This document shows positions 20,949 through 33,110 of a stretch of DNA of 64,000 nucleotides, one piece after another; the first letter of the stretch is position 1, and every line of letters begins with the position of its first letter. The DNA lies in assembly GCA_964035545.1 (NCBI GenBank), contig OZ037767.1, positions 19,174,628-19,238,627 on the forward strand, given 5' to 3'. The DNA is from Bugula neritina. Taxonomy: Eukaryota; Animalia; Bryozoa. A model generated the notes under the pieces. The model did no database searches, was not told where the DNA came from, and worked only from the letters and a program-made list of their open reading frames with translations. The translations under genes were made by a program, and so were the position numbers.

Positions 20949-21891
20949 GGTTCTGGTCAGTCTCAGGCAACTGAGACTGAGGGAGAAGAGGGTGGGAACA
21001 TCCTCCAATCCCAACTCACTTACTTACACACTTACCGACACACTAAACAACCTACTCACCTAACTTACTCACCTACTTATTTACTCACACACTCAACGAC
21101 ACACTGACTCGCGAACTACTAAATTACAAATAGTTAAAGCTTGTGTTTACAGTTTCTGGCATATAGAGGTGAGTAAGTTTACCCACAGACATGTGGTACT
21201 CATCAGCTTATAGCTTTTAGAAATAGTATGTAATTGAAATGCTTAGTTTTAGCAGGTGGTCACCAGCCTTTATTGGAAGGGGGCATGTTATAGTGGCACG
21301 CTGAGAGTTTAGCTAATGACAATAGCCTATCAGATACTTGAGCTATCGTGTTACTAAGAGTTGCCCTACCAGCCACCGTATAGCTGAGATAGCTACAAGC
21401 TAAAGCAGATAAAACCCAGACAAACAGAGTGAACGCTCTCTCATCTAGCAGCTTTATCACTGGTAAGACATACTATTACATTGTGGTAATCTAACAGTAA
21501 GTACATCAATCAGCAAAATGTTATGAAATATTTAGTTTCTTCAAAGAATATTCAAGTCAAATGTTCAAGTTTGCAAGAATAGAAATTCTAACAATAAAAC
21601 ATGTTGCTCCTTGGAGAAATGCTCTCATTAGATTGTTTGATGTTTTGATAATTGTCACTTTGCTACTCCATAATATAAACAGGGTAATTGCACGCCTGTA
21701 TCAAAAGTTTATTCTTGCAACCCGAACCAGCACAGAGCAGAGATAAGTGGAGATAGAATAGATTCAACAATATTTTATTAAAAATTTTAAAGCAGGTTTC
21801 CAAAAAAATTGAAAATGCAAAATATTAAAAGTGTAAAAAAGCATATTTTACGAAATGTAGCTGTTTGTTTGTTTGTCTGTTTATTTCATCA

Positions 21892-21896
21892 ATATA

Positions 21897-21966
<70 letters not shown>

Positions 21967-21970
21967 ATAC
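21892..21970. repeat. (TA)n microsatellite
   Basis: Directly visible, at the 3' end of the LINE relic. Confidence 0.95.
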
Positions 21971-21974
21971 ATAA

Positions 21975-22770
21975 AGTAAAAAGAATACAAGGGATCACCT
22001 AAAGGAGGTAATGATGAGGCCCAATGGTGCGCCATAGCAGAGGCTTGTGAAAGCGCAGGGCCTAAAATGATTAACAGTTAGTCAGTTGAGTCATTCAAGT
22101 TATGTGAATTAAGTTAAATCGGTGAAGTAAGTCAGTAAAGTAAGTTAGTTAAGTTAAGTCGTAGCTCCCCGGCAAGAAGGCAAAACCTCACACTCGCCCT
22201 GAATGCACTAGGATTAGACTGATTTTTAAGCTCAGGTTTTAACCTGTTCTATAGCGCTGACTCCCGATAACTTCTTTGACCTGCAGTGGTAGAGAGAAAA
22301 GGAACGGAAAGATTTGATATTTAGAAGCGTGTACTGTACGAGTGAACAATTAAACTTTTGTTAGTGTTAGAGTGGTAAAATTTATGGACTTTTTGCAAAT
22401 TCTTTAGCTTATATAAGTTTTCTATTTGAAGAATGTTAGCTTTTTAAAGAGAGGGGCTGTTTGATGCAAAAAAAATTTTTTAAAAATTTACCGTAAAACT
22501 CTTTTTTGTAATAGTAAAATTTTGTTGAGCGCAGTTTGTGAGGCATTACCCCATGAGTCCAGACAGTAACTTAATTTTGAATTAATTAGTGAGTTATATG
22601 AAATTATTAAAATCTCAGCAGATAAAAATTTCAAACATCGATATAGTAGACCAGACAAAGGTCGTATTTGTAGTATTAAGTTATTTATATGATCATTCCA
22701 GTTCAAATGTGGGTCAATGTATATCCCAAGAAATTTGATGGTATCTGCTTGAGTAATTAATGCTTCTTAT
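21975..22770 (-). mobile_element. 5'-truncated L2/CR1-group LINE relic (end of ORF2 and 3'UTR)
   Basis: KFLGIYIDPHLNWNDHI...YNSLINSKLSYCLDSWG...LQKRVLR is the typical post-RT region. It interrupts sequence that is contiguous upstream of copy 1 (about 3460-3600). Confidence 0.75.
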
Positions 22771-23417
22771 TAGTTTGTAAGAAAATTTTGTTCTGTGGGT
22801 ATTTTGTAGTATAGGCTTGCGTTTGGGGACATTTAGGCAATAGCTGCTTTTAGTTTCTAATTATATACTCAATATAGTTTTGATTAATTCGTTTTATTTA
22901 TGTTTGTTTCTTTATATTCATTTGTGATAAATTATTTATTATATATAGATGTGTGTAGTTATTTTTATAAGCGTTGCATTGCCTATTTATTTATATGTAA
23001 ACAATTTGTTACAGTTATGTTACAGAAATAACTATATATATAAACAACATAAATGGGTTAGCAGTCACATACTTCATTATAGCATGTCCGTAGTTTAGCT
23101 TATTGTTGGCTAATTTTACACTGGTAGCGTATCAATAGGTTATTGGCACTACATGTGACATACGGAATCAATATTAGTCACATTGCCTGACATTGACAAA
23201 TTCAAGTATTAATAGCATACATAATATGATGATATATATATAAACCAGGATGTTTGCTGATCGATTTGTTTCAAGTATACCCAATTATCATAATTATCAT
23301 AATTGCTATGAAAGCAAAACCTTTTGTCGTTGAAATATTGATAGTTTTAAATTAGAAATAATTTCACCAGCAGAAAGATTGAATTGTGGGTTGGCATAGC
23401 AGTTGGTTGACATAGCA

Positions 23418-26400
23418 ATGGCACCAATGTGGATGGTCATTTTGTTAAGCATGGCATTCTTCACTGGTAAGCTTCTGTATATTTTACAGCGTATTTATAA
23501 ATGCTACAAAGATGTGTAACAGCTGTCAATAAATTTTGCTTATCACCATTTTTATGGAAAAGTTTTCAAAATGTTTAGGTTTTGTTCATTACAATTTTTA
23601 ATATCAAACTGCTGTCAATATTTAAATTTAGATGTCGCTGCTGATACTCAGACATTAAACAGCAGCTATTTGGGTTGTCGAATTGTATCTTGCAGTTAAT
23701 TTTTAGCCGCTGCTAAAATTTACAGTATTTAATGATTATGCTGTATATATTTGCATATATAGATGCTGCCCCTGATACTGTGACATTCGACAGCAGATAT
23801 TTGGGCTGCTACATGGACGATGTGTCAAGAACTTTGGATGGTCTGTACTCATACACTGCTGACAGCGTTACTCTGTGTACTTCCTTCTGCTATGAAAATG
23901 GTAAGAATTAAGACTTTACGCATTTTTTTATAAAAACGATTATTTATTATCAGTTATTAGCAGTTATTAGTTAGCATTATTTAATATTTTAATGCTAGCG
24001 TGGCTGCCGATCATGAATCATGACCCCTTTGTTTAGAATACGTTGGTGCTAGGCAATTGAATGACAATGGCCAGAGAAAACTCAAACTCAGTGCTCTCTA
24101 CAACTTGTTTATTACCAACACTTACTTCAAAACCAAATCGCAACAAAAGGTTTCTTGAAGATGCATGCGTTCCAACTACTTGCACCAACTGGACCTGAGC
24201 TTTACGAGACAGAAATATTAGGAATATCTTTCATGCCTGCTCCAATCACAGTGCAGACTGTGATACAGACCACGCCCTAGTAGGCTGCTAAATCAGACTG
24301 CTACCAAGCGGTTCCACCTGACCAAGAAAGCTAGGATCCCTCGCATTAACATCACCAAGTTGTCCCAGCCTGACCCTACTACAGCAATCTTGGAGACCTT
24401 GCAACACTCTATGCACAGTGCAGCTCTGACCACTTTTAGTATGAAGACCTCAAAGTCACATAATTGGTTCAAAGCAAAGTCAACTGAGATGACGCCGATT
24501 GTTGAAGCAAAGCGGGCTGCCCTTGCAGAATACAAGCAATCATCTAGTGAAAAAACTTCCATATTTTAAGGGCTTTCAAGAGTAAAACTAAACAGACTGC
24601 CAGGCACTGTGCCAATAAGTATTGAAGTGAGCTTAGCAAAAGTATTCAGAGTGCAGCCGCAACAAAAAATGTCAGAGGAATATATGACAGTATGAAGAAG
24701 GCAATGAAGAGAGCAGCCTTGGTCTAGGGGTTAAAGCGCTTGCCTAGTAAACATGGGTTCAAGCCCGGACAAAGGCATTTGGTAATGTTAGGAAAAGTAT
24801 CCAGTCATAATTGCTTCTGTACCTCATCTGAATAAGTCCTTAGCCTGCTTTAACAAAAACACTTTTTAAAGGGTTTCTCACAGGAATAGCGACTATAAAC
24901 TTGCTTGAGTTTTTTATGAAGAAACAATGGTATTAATCTAGAACAAAACAGCCCTCCTCAATTCCTTCACTGAGAAGGTCATCAGTTTGAAAAAGATCAA
25001 TTTCCTAAGGCAAGACACATTGGCATCACCATCCATTGCATTAGACAACTACAACCTAGATGTTGTCAAGGAGTTCATTTACTCTGGCTCCATTATGACC
25101 GCAAACTTCCCCTTGAGAGTGAGATCAACAAGAGGATCGGAAAAGCAGCGACAACCATAGCCATCTTGCGAACTGCGTCTGGACAAGCACCAAGCTGACT
25201 GTGTCCACAGAAATTGCAGCATATGACGCCTGTGTTGTCAGCACCTTTTTATGGCAGTGAAACTTGAATCACAGATGCCAAGCAAGAGAAGAGACTGAAC
25301 ACCTTTTGGGGATCACATGGAAATACGGGTAAAACATTTAGCGGTTCTCTTTTAAAATATTCATTCAAAGTTTGTTAACCCTGCTCAGGCGATGAAGACC
25401 GCCCTGGCTCAGTCATGTATGATGTATCATGGACGAAGGACGTACCCCCAAAGACCTCCTCTATGACAAACTAATCAGCAGGAGCCAAATTCATGGGCAA
25501 CTTCAGCTACGTTATAAAGATGTCTCCAAGAGGGATGTGAAAGCTATCAGCATACACACATCATTCTGAAAAGATCTCGCACCCTATCGCACTAGTTGGA
25601 GAACCAAACTAAAACACTATTCTATATCAGAAGAAAAAAAAATTGCAGTGCAGCTGCAACAAAGACTGTCATTCATGTATTGGCTCAAAGAGTCCCAAGT
25701 GCTGCTGCACAACTCAATCGCATGATTAATCGATGGTTGAATCTACTGACGGAAGCCTACTACTAGCCTACTATTATGACAGTATATGTAACAACATGTT
25801 GAAATGTTTTTGCAGCTTGCTGCTTTTTATATATTTTTAGTTTTAGCAAGATTTTTATATTCATTGTTCTATTTGGAAGCAAAACAAAATATGCTTTTTT
25901 AGGCTTACGTGTAATTTTGATATTCAATTTATGTATCTAAGACAAATTTGGATATACACACATAATTCTTTACAGGGTTACTCTTTATAAGTGTGTTAAT
26001 ATGAATTGTTTTATGCTTACATAGTCCCATTCTTTATAAAGTTTTAGATTTACTGATCACTTTAGTTTGCTTAAAAATATGCTCATCAGAAAATCAAATG
26101 TCTATTATAAAAATCATTTGAGCACATTATAATATAAACTCTAGGGAGTACTTTCTTATTGTATGTTCTTCTTTTTGCATTATATGCTGTGTTTCTACAC
26201 TATCTTGGTCATAGGTTTACTAGCATTCAAGCTGTTTGTGATATCAAAAGAAATTCAACAAATCACAGATCAATAAGGAATAACGTAAACATATATTTTT
26301 TTCTCTGTTTATTCTGAAGGATTCAGGTACGCTGGCTCACAGCACAAGCACCAGTGTTACTGTGGTAATGGCGACCTTGAGAAGAATGGCGGACTTGCTC

Positions 26401-27470
26401 CTGAGGAAACTTGCAGCACTCGGTGTCGAGGCGACCCTACTCAGACTTGCGGTGGAAGCTGGAGGCTCTCAGTCTATGAGTTGTCACCGCTAATAAAAAG
26501 TAAGTATAGCAGAAATGAGCCAACAAGAAGTAAGTAGAGTGAATATGGACCAATTAAATGTAAGTTTAATCGAATCGATGAAAAGTCACTTGAGTAGAGC
26601 TGGGTCAGTAAGAATAAGTTTTATAATGTGCATACATGCACTGAAGTAACTTGACTTTGAGTAAATGACAGAAAGACAATCTGCTTAACATTTTCAGCAA
26701 ACACACTAGTTGTGAAACTTTCAAAGTATAACATTTTTTTCCAAATTACATTTTCAGTTTGTAGCTGTTTATAGGAACTAATAGATTTAGAAACTATATT
26801 TAAACTTTTGTTTAAATTTACTAACTTTTTGAAGCTTGTGTAGCTGTCAAAATTTTATGATTTTTCTTTTCTAAAACAGCTTTACAAAACAATTTACCCT
26901 GTTTATATTTGGTTTTCAATAAAGTTAAAAAAGTTAAAAAAAGTCAATAATTGCAATAAATAGGTATCCTAATAGCAGTGTAGCTAAGCATACAAAAGGT
27001 TTCCAGTATAAAATACTTTTATCTAAATAATATACAGAATGCACAGCTATATGTGGAGTTTGAAAAATTTCTTACCGGTAAAAGGGAAAGATGTGACATT
27101 TGATTGCCAGATATAGACATATGTTTAAAACACACAAAACAATTTTTCTCCATTTCTATACTAAAAAGCAGGTGTTATATCCTACTAATAAATTTTGAGT
27201 ATGCGTTTTTAACTTGCAGAGACACAGGAATTTTTTGTTTTCATGGAGGGAGGTGTTGGCAACTTGAAGGTGATGTCTACTGGACAAAATCAGACTCAAG
27301 AACAATGCACCTTTGCCTGTCTTAATAACATTTTCTGTAGAGGATATACTTATGACAGGGCTGATGGCACATGCAGGCACCTTGAGAGAACCTGCTCTCC
27401 AGCTTCTGTAACTATAACGCAAGTCTATCTTGTGAAGTCAAAATTCAGCCAGAATTATTGCTCAAAATAA
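23418..27470 (+). CDS. Secreted WSC + PAN/Apple-like protein, copy 2 (205 aa). Exons 23418-23466, 23763-23900, 26320-26499, 27220-27470
   Basis: Same phases and Cys pattern as copy 1; signal peptide MAPMWMVILLSMAFFT; open frame throughout. Confidence 0.9.
23632..23678 (+). pseudogene. Truncated duplicate of exon 2 within intron 1 of copy 2
   Basis: TTTAG acceptor, then (D)VAADTQTLNSSYLGC; homology then stops. Confidence 0.7.
23990..25775 (+). mobile_element. Degenerate, internally deleted RTE-type LINE in intron 2 of copy 2
   Basis: Broken frames give NDNGQR..., ITNTYFKTK, SADCDTDHALV (endonuclease end); VVKEFIYSGS, EINKRIGKAA, GRTPKDLLY, LRYKDVSKRD (RTE C-terminus). The RT core is missing. 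Confidence 0.8.
24710..24914 (+). mobile_element. tRNA-Thr(AGT)-derived SINE nested in the RTE relic
   Basis: Head TGGTCTAGGGGTTAAAGCGCTTGCCTAGTAAAC..GGGTTCAAGCCC (A box, AGT anticodon arm, B box). Approximate TSD TATGAAGAA(GG/A)CAATG at 24691-24706 and 24915-24929. Confidence 0.8.
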
Positions 27471-27518
27471 TTAAAAGCTGATCAGTACAATACAAGTTAA
27501 ATGAAATTATATAATATA

Positions 27519-27582
<64 letters not shown>

Positions 27583-27628
27583 TATATATATACACATATA
27601 TATATATATACACATATTATAGATAAGT

Positions 27629-27803
27629 ATACGAGAAACATTGTTGATTTATTACTTTATTAGGCAAAGTAATTATACTGATATTTCGGGTACCACTGCA
27701 CCCATCTTCAGATTGCTACTTTGAAGATGGGTACAGTGGTACCCGAAATATCAGTATAATTACTTTGCCTAATAAAGTAATAAATGAACAATGTTTCTCG
27801 TAT
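27629..27803. repeat. Near-perfect palindrome (82-bp arms, 11-nt loop) in a (TA)n tract; each arm carries a hammerhead-ribozyme-like motif
   Basis: Arms 27629-27710 and 27722-27803 with two mismatches. Motif (C/T)TGAAGA-T-GGGTRC-AGTG-GTACCC-GAAA-TATC. Confidence 0.85.
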
Positions 27804-29083
27804 TTATATTTATATTTATATATTTATATTTATATATGACATATATTGCGCAAAATATTTAGTGCTTTGGAGTTATGTATTCACATGTATTTTATAGAAA
27901 TTGTAACCACAGCTCTCCTTAAAGCAAGCTTTAAGTGAATTAATGATTCAATAGCTTTACTATAATAGGAGTTGTCAACACCTGTCTCCTATATAAGCAA
28001 ATATACCTAAATTAATGACCTTAACTTTTATTAAACTCAATAGTCAACGTGTCTGTTTTGTTTACTTTATAACCACAAAACCACTTTCTGGTGGCTCTAG
28101 CAAACATAAACATGGTCAAATGCACACTCAATACCATGCAGATATGTAAAATGCAGTAATAAACAAGTTGCCTAGTCTTTTAGTTGAAAAGCAATTGTTT
28201 TTTCAAGAAACATTGTGTCCATTGAGAGAACCTTTACTGTAAATTCAAAAGTTTTAATTGGTATGTTTTATGTTTATGTTTATTGTCATTTGTCTCGATC
28301 TGTTAAAGTAACTATATTAGTTCAACAACTACACATTTGACAAAATTATATTGATCTATAATTTAAATGACCGCATGACATGTATTTTATATAAAATAAC
28401 AAAATAACATCAACAAAAAAAATTTTCAGAGTTGTAACAATATAAACTGTCTTTGTTTATATGTATTGGACTGACTGACAATCCAGGGAATATAATATAT
28501 AATGTAGGAGAGTGGAGGTTTAAAGCCTTTCATCTATAATGACTGTTTCAATCATTTAGCGAGTCATTAATTGCAGCCACTTTCCCTAACTATAGTTTAA
28601 GCTACAGTTATCCTCAGCTAATAATTGTTACTCTTGTTGCTATACAACGGTAAATGCATCAATCGGGAAAACTGTTATGAAATATGTAATTCCCTAAAGG
28701 AATATTATATTCAACCGGATGTTCAAGTTTGCAAAAACATAACAGTAAAACACATTGTTCCCTTGAGAAAAACTAGCATTGGAATGTTCATGTTTCAATA
28801 ACTTTTACTTTGTTGCTCTATATATATGCACAGGGCAGTTGTATGCCTGTATCAATAATTTATTCCTTCTGTACCTAAACCAGCACAGAGCGGAGATAGG
28901 TGGATATAGACTAAAATAAAAAATATTTCAATAAAATGGTTCTAATATGATGTAAAATTAATAAGCTTTAAAAATATAAAATAAAGGCCAAACTGTGCAC
29001 TGCATAAACCTTTGTCGAAACAATCAACTGACAAGTTTTGATAAAGTTCACTAAAACAGAACTTAAAAAAGAGAAGCATAGAC

Positions 29084-32000
29084 ATGGCACTCATTTGTCT
29101 GATACTAATACTAAACATCTTTCTAACAGGTAATCATTATTATACGTTACCTAAAACTTTTGACGTAATTATTTGCGATATTATAGCATTTAAAATGTTA
29201 TGTATTTTCAACAGACAAAAGTTTTGAAATATGATCATATTTTTATATTGTGTGGTGTTTAACATTTACTTACTGATAATTTATACTGCAAAGCTTATAG
29301 ATGTTATCACTATATTACAATTTTGTGTTTTCCGTATTACACATGTGTCTGACAGGTATGAACTTTGCTCATAATAGCTTTCAACAGGTTTTAAGCATAA
29401 TTTTTTAGTTTTCTAGAAAACATGCTGAATCAGGGTTTTTTCTGGAACCAAGATATAAAAATTATATGTTTACCATTTTCTATATTTTCAATTTCACTGC
29501 TATATAAAATATACACAAGTTAATTGTATGATTGTATCAATAATCCATTAAAGTTGTTCCGGCATATATAATCAATGATCTATTAAAGTATCTACAGTAG
29601 GGTACAGAGTTTGTTCAACACTTGAAATATTCTAGTATCAATATTATACACAGAGCTAATTATAGATCAGGATATTTTCTGATTGCTTTGCTTTGAAGTA
29701 AATTCAATTAATATCATTTAAATAAAAGCATAATTTTCATCAAAGCAAACAATTGAAATTGACTTAAAAAAAAGAAGCATAGAAATGGCAATCTTTTCGG
29801 TGCTATTACTATACCTATAACTAAACATTCTTTTCACAGATTATTTTATTTACCACTTACCTAAAATTTTATAGAAAACAATTGATATGGCTGCTTTTAA
29901 AATTTATATTAATTAGTAGTTCTAATCGTTGTAGTTCTTTGTATATGTTTCCATTTTATTGGCGACGTTTTCAATTACATGTTGCTAATATAAGTCTATA
30001 TCGAGCCAAAATGCTGCTAGTTTATGAATTTATAGATGCTGCCACTGATGATCAATCATTTGTCAGCAAATATCTAGGCTGCTACATAGAGGGTGGTAGC
30101 ACAAAGACTTTAGATGGCCTGTACTCAAGCACTGCCAAAAGCGTTACTCTTTGTACTGCATTCTGCTATGAAAATGGTAAATATTTAAAGTTTTTTTTAC
30201 AAAAGTGGCTAATAATTAAAATTAAATATTTGTTATATTTCAGCTTGAAAATTCAAAGCTCATAATGCTCATAATGCATGTTTTCTTTTGCGGAAATAAA
30301 AAAACATATCCTAAGAAAGGGAATATTGTGTTATAGTAGCTTGTGCATAAAGAGTTTAGCAACAACTTTGAATGACAGATTTTATAATTTAATATATAGA
30401 AGTGTTGTCATTTCAAATATCACAGACCTTTTAAAATTGTCTTTTATATTACTACAACCTTTTTAATACTTGTTAACATTTTTGATTAATGCAAAGCCCA
30501 GTTTCTCTCATCTCAGCATCTATATGTGTTTGTATAAGTGTGTTTTCTGTATCAATTAATAAAGATACAATTACTTGTGTTTAGTTTTGGATTGCAAAAG
30601 TAGTTAATAAAGTTATTGTATATCATTTAGCTTATTTCTATACATATATATATTTGATAAAGATATATTTTTTTCATTTAAAAAAATCTCACACAACTAA
30701 ATAGTTTTGTCAGCTCTTAGACTAAAAGTTGCAAATCATGAACGGCTATAAAGAAAGTTAGTTTATAGTCTTTAAACCTATCCGCATTTGTATAAACAAT
30801 TGAGGTGGCTAGGACAATTTGAAAAAATTGGCTATAATTTTTTACCTAAACAACTCATTAAATTAAAGTTGAAGTAAAAGTAAGCTTAGACCAACAAAGA
30901 CTCAAACTGGAATTTAAATCCATTTAGTAGCGTGACCGGGGCATATGTAGAGAACATTGTTGTTGAGAGGTCAAACAAAAACTGAGGTGTTCCCTTGTGG
31001 CTTGCAGATGTGCACATTATTGATTTGCCGTTAGTAGAATAGATGTCAAGGGGAGGTAGAGAAATACAGCTCAGACTTCTCAACGACAAAACATATAGCA
31101 CAGCTTTTTGTAAATAATTGCCTTTTGCTAAAAAATCTCTAAGATATTTCACTTTATTAGGATAAATTCCTTTTTATATTTCCCACCATCTACAGGCTGA
31201 ATGTCAGTTGCCATATACTCACACGATTTGTAATATTACGTCATACTTCACGCGTCTTGGATTATTTCAGAGTTTCTGATTGCTTCAAATAAATTATGAT
31301 TGGCTTCCAATACCATAGAATGTCTTTCTGTAGTGTACAAAGTGCAATATCTTGAGTATACCTTGCAAGTTTAGAGCTCTTTGAGATGTAGAAGATGCTT
31401 AGAATAAGAAAAAATCAACATGCAATATATCAATGAGTTACAATAACTCCTTTAATTTATATCTCTTTTTCTCAAGGGTTCCGGTATGCTGGTTTAGAAT
31501 ATGGGGACCGATGTAATTGTGGTAATGATGGGCTTGACAAAAATGGCGGACTAGCTCTTGAAAGTGAATGTGACGATAAGTGCGATGGTGACATAGGTCA
31601 GATATGTGGTGGTTTTTTTAGGCTTTCGGTCTATGAGCTGTCAGCACCAATAATAAGAGAGTATAACAAAGATGACCCAATAAGAAGTGAGTATACTGAT
31701 CAAATTAGCAAAATGAAATTGCCTACTTTAGTATAACACTGCCAGTAAACCATTGGTGTATATGGTAGACATAAGCAAAAAATCAAGTGTGGGAGATAGA
31801 AACCAACAAAAGGTACGATGGGCATACATGAAGGGTTTGCATAACAAATACAAAAAAGTTCATATTAAGTTAGTATAAAATGCAGTAAAGCCCATTGACA
31901 CTAATAAGTCTTTACTACCAGTTTTAAGCACACCCAACATCAGTTATCTGTATAGTGTTTTTTGATTCATGTAGGTGCTTTATTAAAAATTGGGAAGAGT

Positions 32001-32959
32001 TTTTTGTATGGAAAACATCTGTAAACCATAAACTACTGCATAATGCAAATAAGCCTCACATAATATACACTGTGATTCCATTACTTCCAATTACGTGAAT
32101 TGATGCTCATACATTCGAATTTATAAGTGAAGTGGTTCTGTTCAATGCAACTTTTTGCAAACACCGAATTATAGTTAGCAAACTCTTTGGAAAAGTAGTG
32201 TTAGTAATCGGAGAGTTTTTGTTTTCAAAAGTTTTCAAGCTAAAACTTTTTGTATGCTTTTATAACAGATGGCCAGACAAGTTGACTAATTGTATAAAAA
32301 AAATAGCAGGCGCACACTCGAAAAACTGTTTCATGGTAATTCACAGTCAAATTATAATCGCTGTGGTTGAAACATTTACCTAATTTAAACACTTGCAAAG
32401 AATTACATTCGAAAACAAGAAACAAGTACTCCGCCACATAAATCGTTGACCTAGCAAAGGATTAAGAAAACAACTTGGACTATAAAATTGTTTCAACGCA
32501 TAATCTTCATATTGTGACTAAATAAGTTTCAGTTTCATGGCAGAGCTACAAAAAATTATGCTTTACAAAACTTAATATAATCAACAATTACAATTATGTC
32601 TATAGCTTAAGTTTAACAATTCTCACAAATTAAAAAGTTATACATTTTCATTTTATTTTGTTTATTTATGTTCAGTTTTTATATTTATTTGCAAATGATT
32701 TGTTTCAGATAAACAAGAATTGTTTGTTTCACAAGAAGGAGAAGTCACCGACTTTCATGTGATTTTCACTGAACCAGCTGACACACACCGACAATGTACT
32801 TTAGCTTGTCTCAACAACATCTTCTGTGAAGGATATGTTCATGACAGGGCTGATGGCACATGCAAGCACCTTGAGAGAACCTGCTCTTCAGATTCTGAAG
32901 CTTTGACAGGAGTTTATCTTGCAGAGTCAAAGCTCAGCCAAGATTACTGTGAAAAATAA
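29084..32959 (+). CDS. Secreted WSC + PAN/Apple-like protein, copy 3 (215 aa if the +30 donor is used). Exons 29084-29129, 30036-30176, 31477-31686, 32709-32959
   Basis: Signal peptide MALICLILILNIFLT; all Cys conserved. The homologous donor at 31657 is GAGAGT; an in-phase GTGAGT lies at 31687. Confidence 0.75.
29785..29839 (+). pseudogene. Dead second exon 1 (copy-4-like) inside intron 1 of copy 3
   Basis: ATG GCA ATC TTT TCG GTG CTA TTA CTA TAC CTA TAA; donor GT lost (CAG|ATTATT). Flanks about 29330-30035 match 34250-34889. Confidence 0.75.
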
Positions 32960-33034
32960 AATTTTCACGGCTAATTCCTGTCGATTATATAAATTTGTCA
33001 ATTTTGTTGTTGTTGATATATTGCATAAATGTCT

Positions 33035-33038
<4 letters not shown>

Positions 33039-33071
<33 letters not shown>

Positions 33072-33110
33072 GCGTGTGCGTGTGCGTGTGCGTGTGCGTG
33101 TGTGTGTGTG
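33039..33110. repeat. (TG)n/(TGCGTG)n microsatellite
   Basis: Directly visible. Confidence 0.95.

Larger units (their letters stand above)
17821..21496 (+). mobile_element. Non-autonomous (pol-deleted) Mag-like LTR retrotransposon, 3676 bp
   Basis: 211-bp TG..CA LTRs 17821-18031 and 21286-21496 (one difference seen). 5-bp TSD GTAAG (17816-17820, 21497-21501). PBS TGGCGCAGTCAGCA (tRNA-Ser-like) at 18032. PPT GGAAGGGGGCA before 21286. No PR/RT/IN. Clade assignment is inferred from TSD length, PBS and Gag type. Confidence 0.92.

Noticed and set aside
21168-21254. GTGAGT...TTTTAGCAG intron-like segment in the 3'UTR of the Mag-like element
   Set aside because: Only short motifs, with no frame constraint or second copy to test.
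24710-24780. tRNA-Thr-like sequence as a real tRNA gene (also 63265-63336)
   Set aside because: Incomplete cloverleaf, fused to a repeated body and tail; these are SINE heads.
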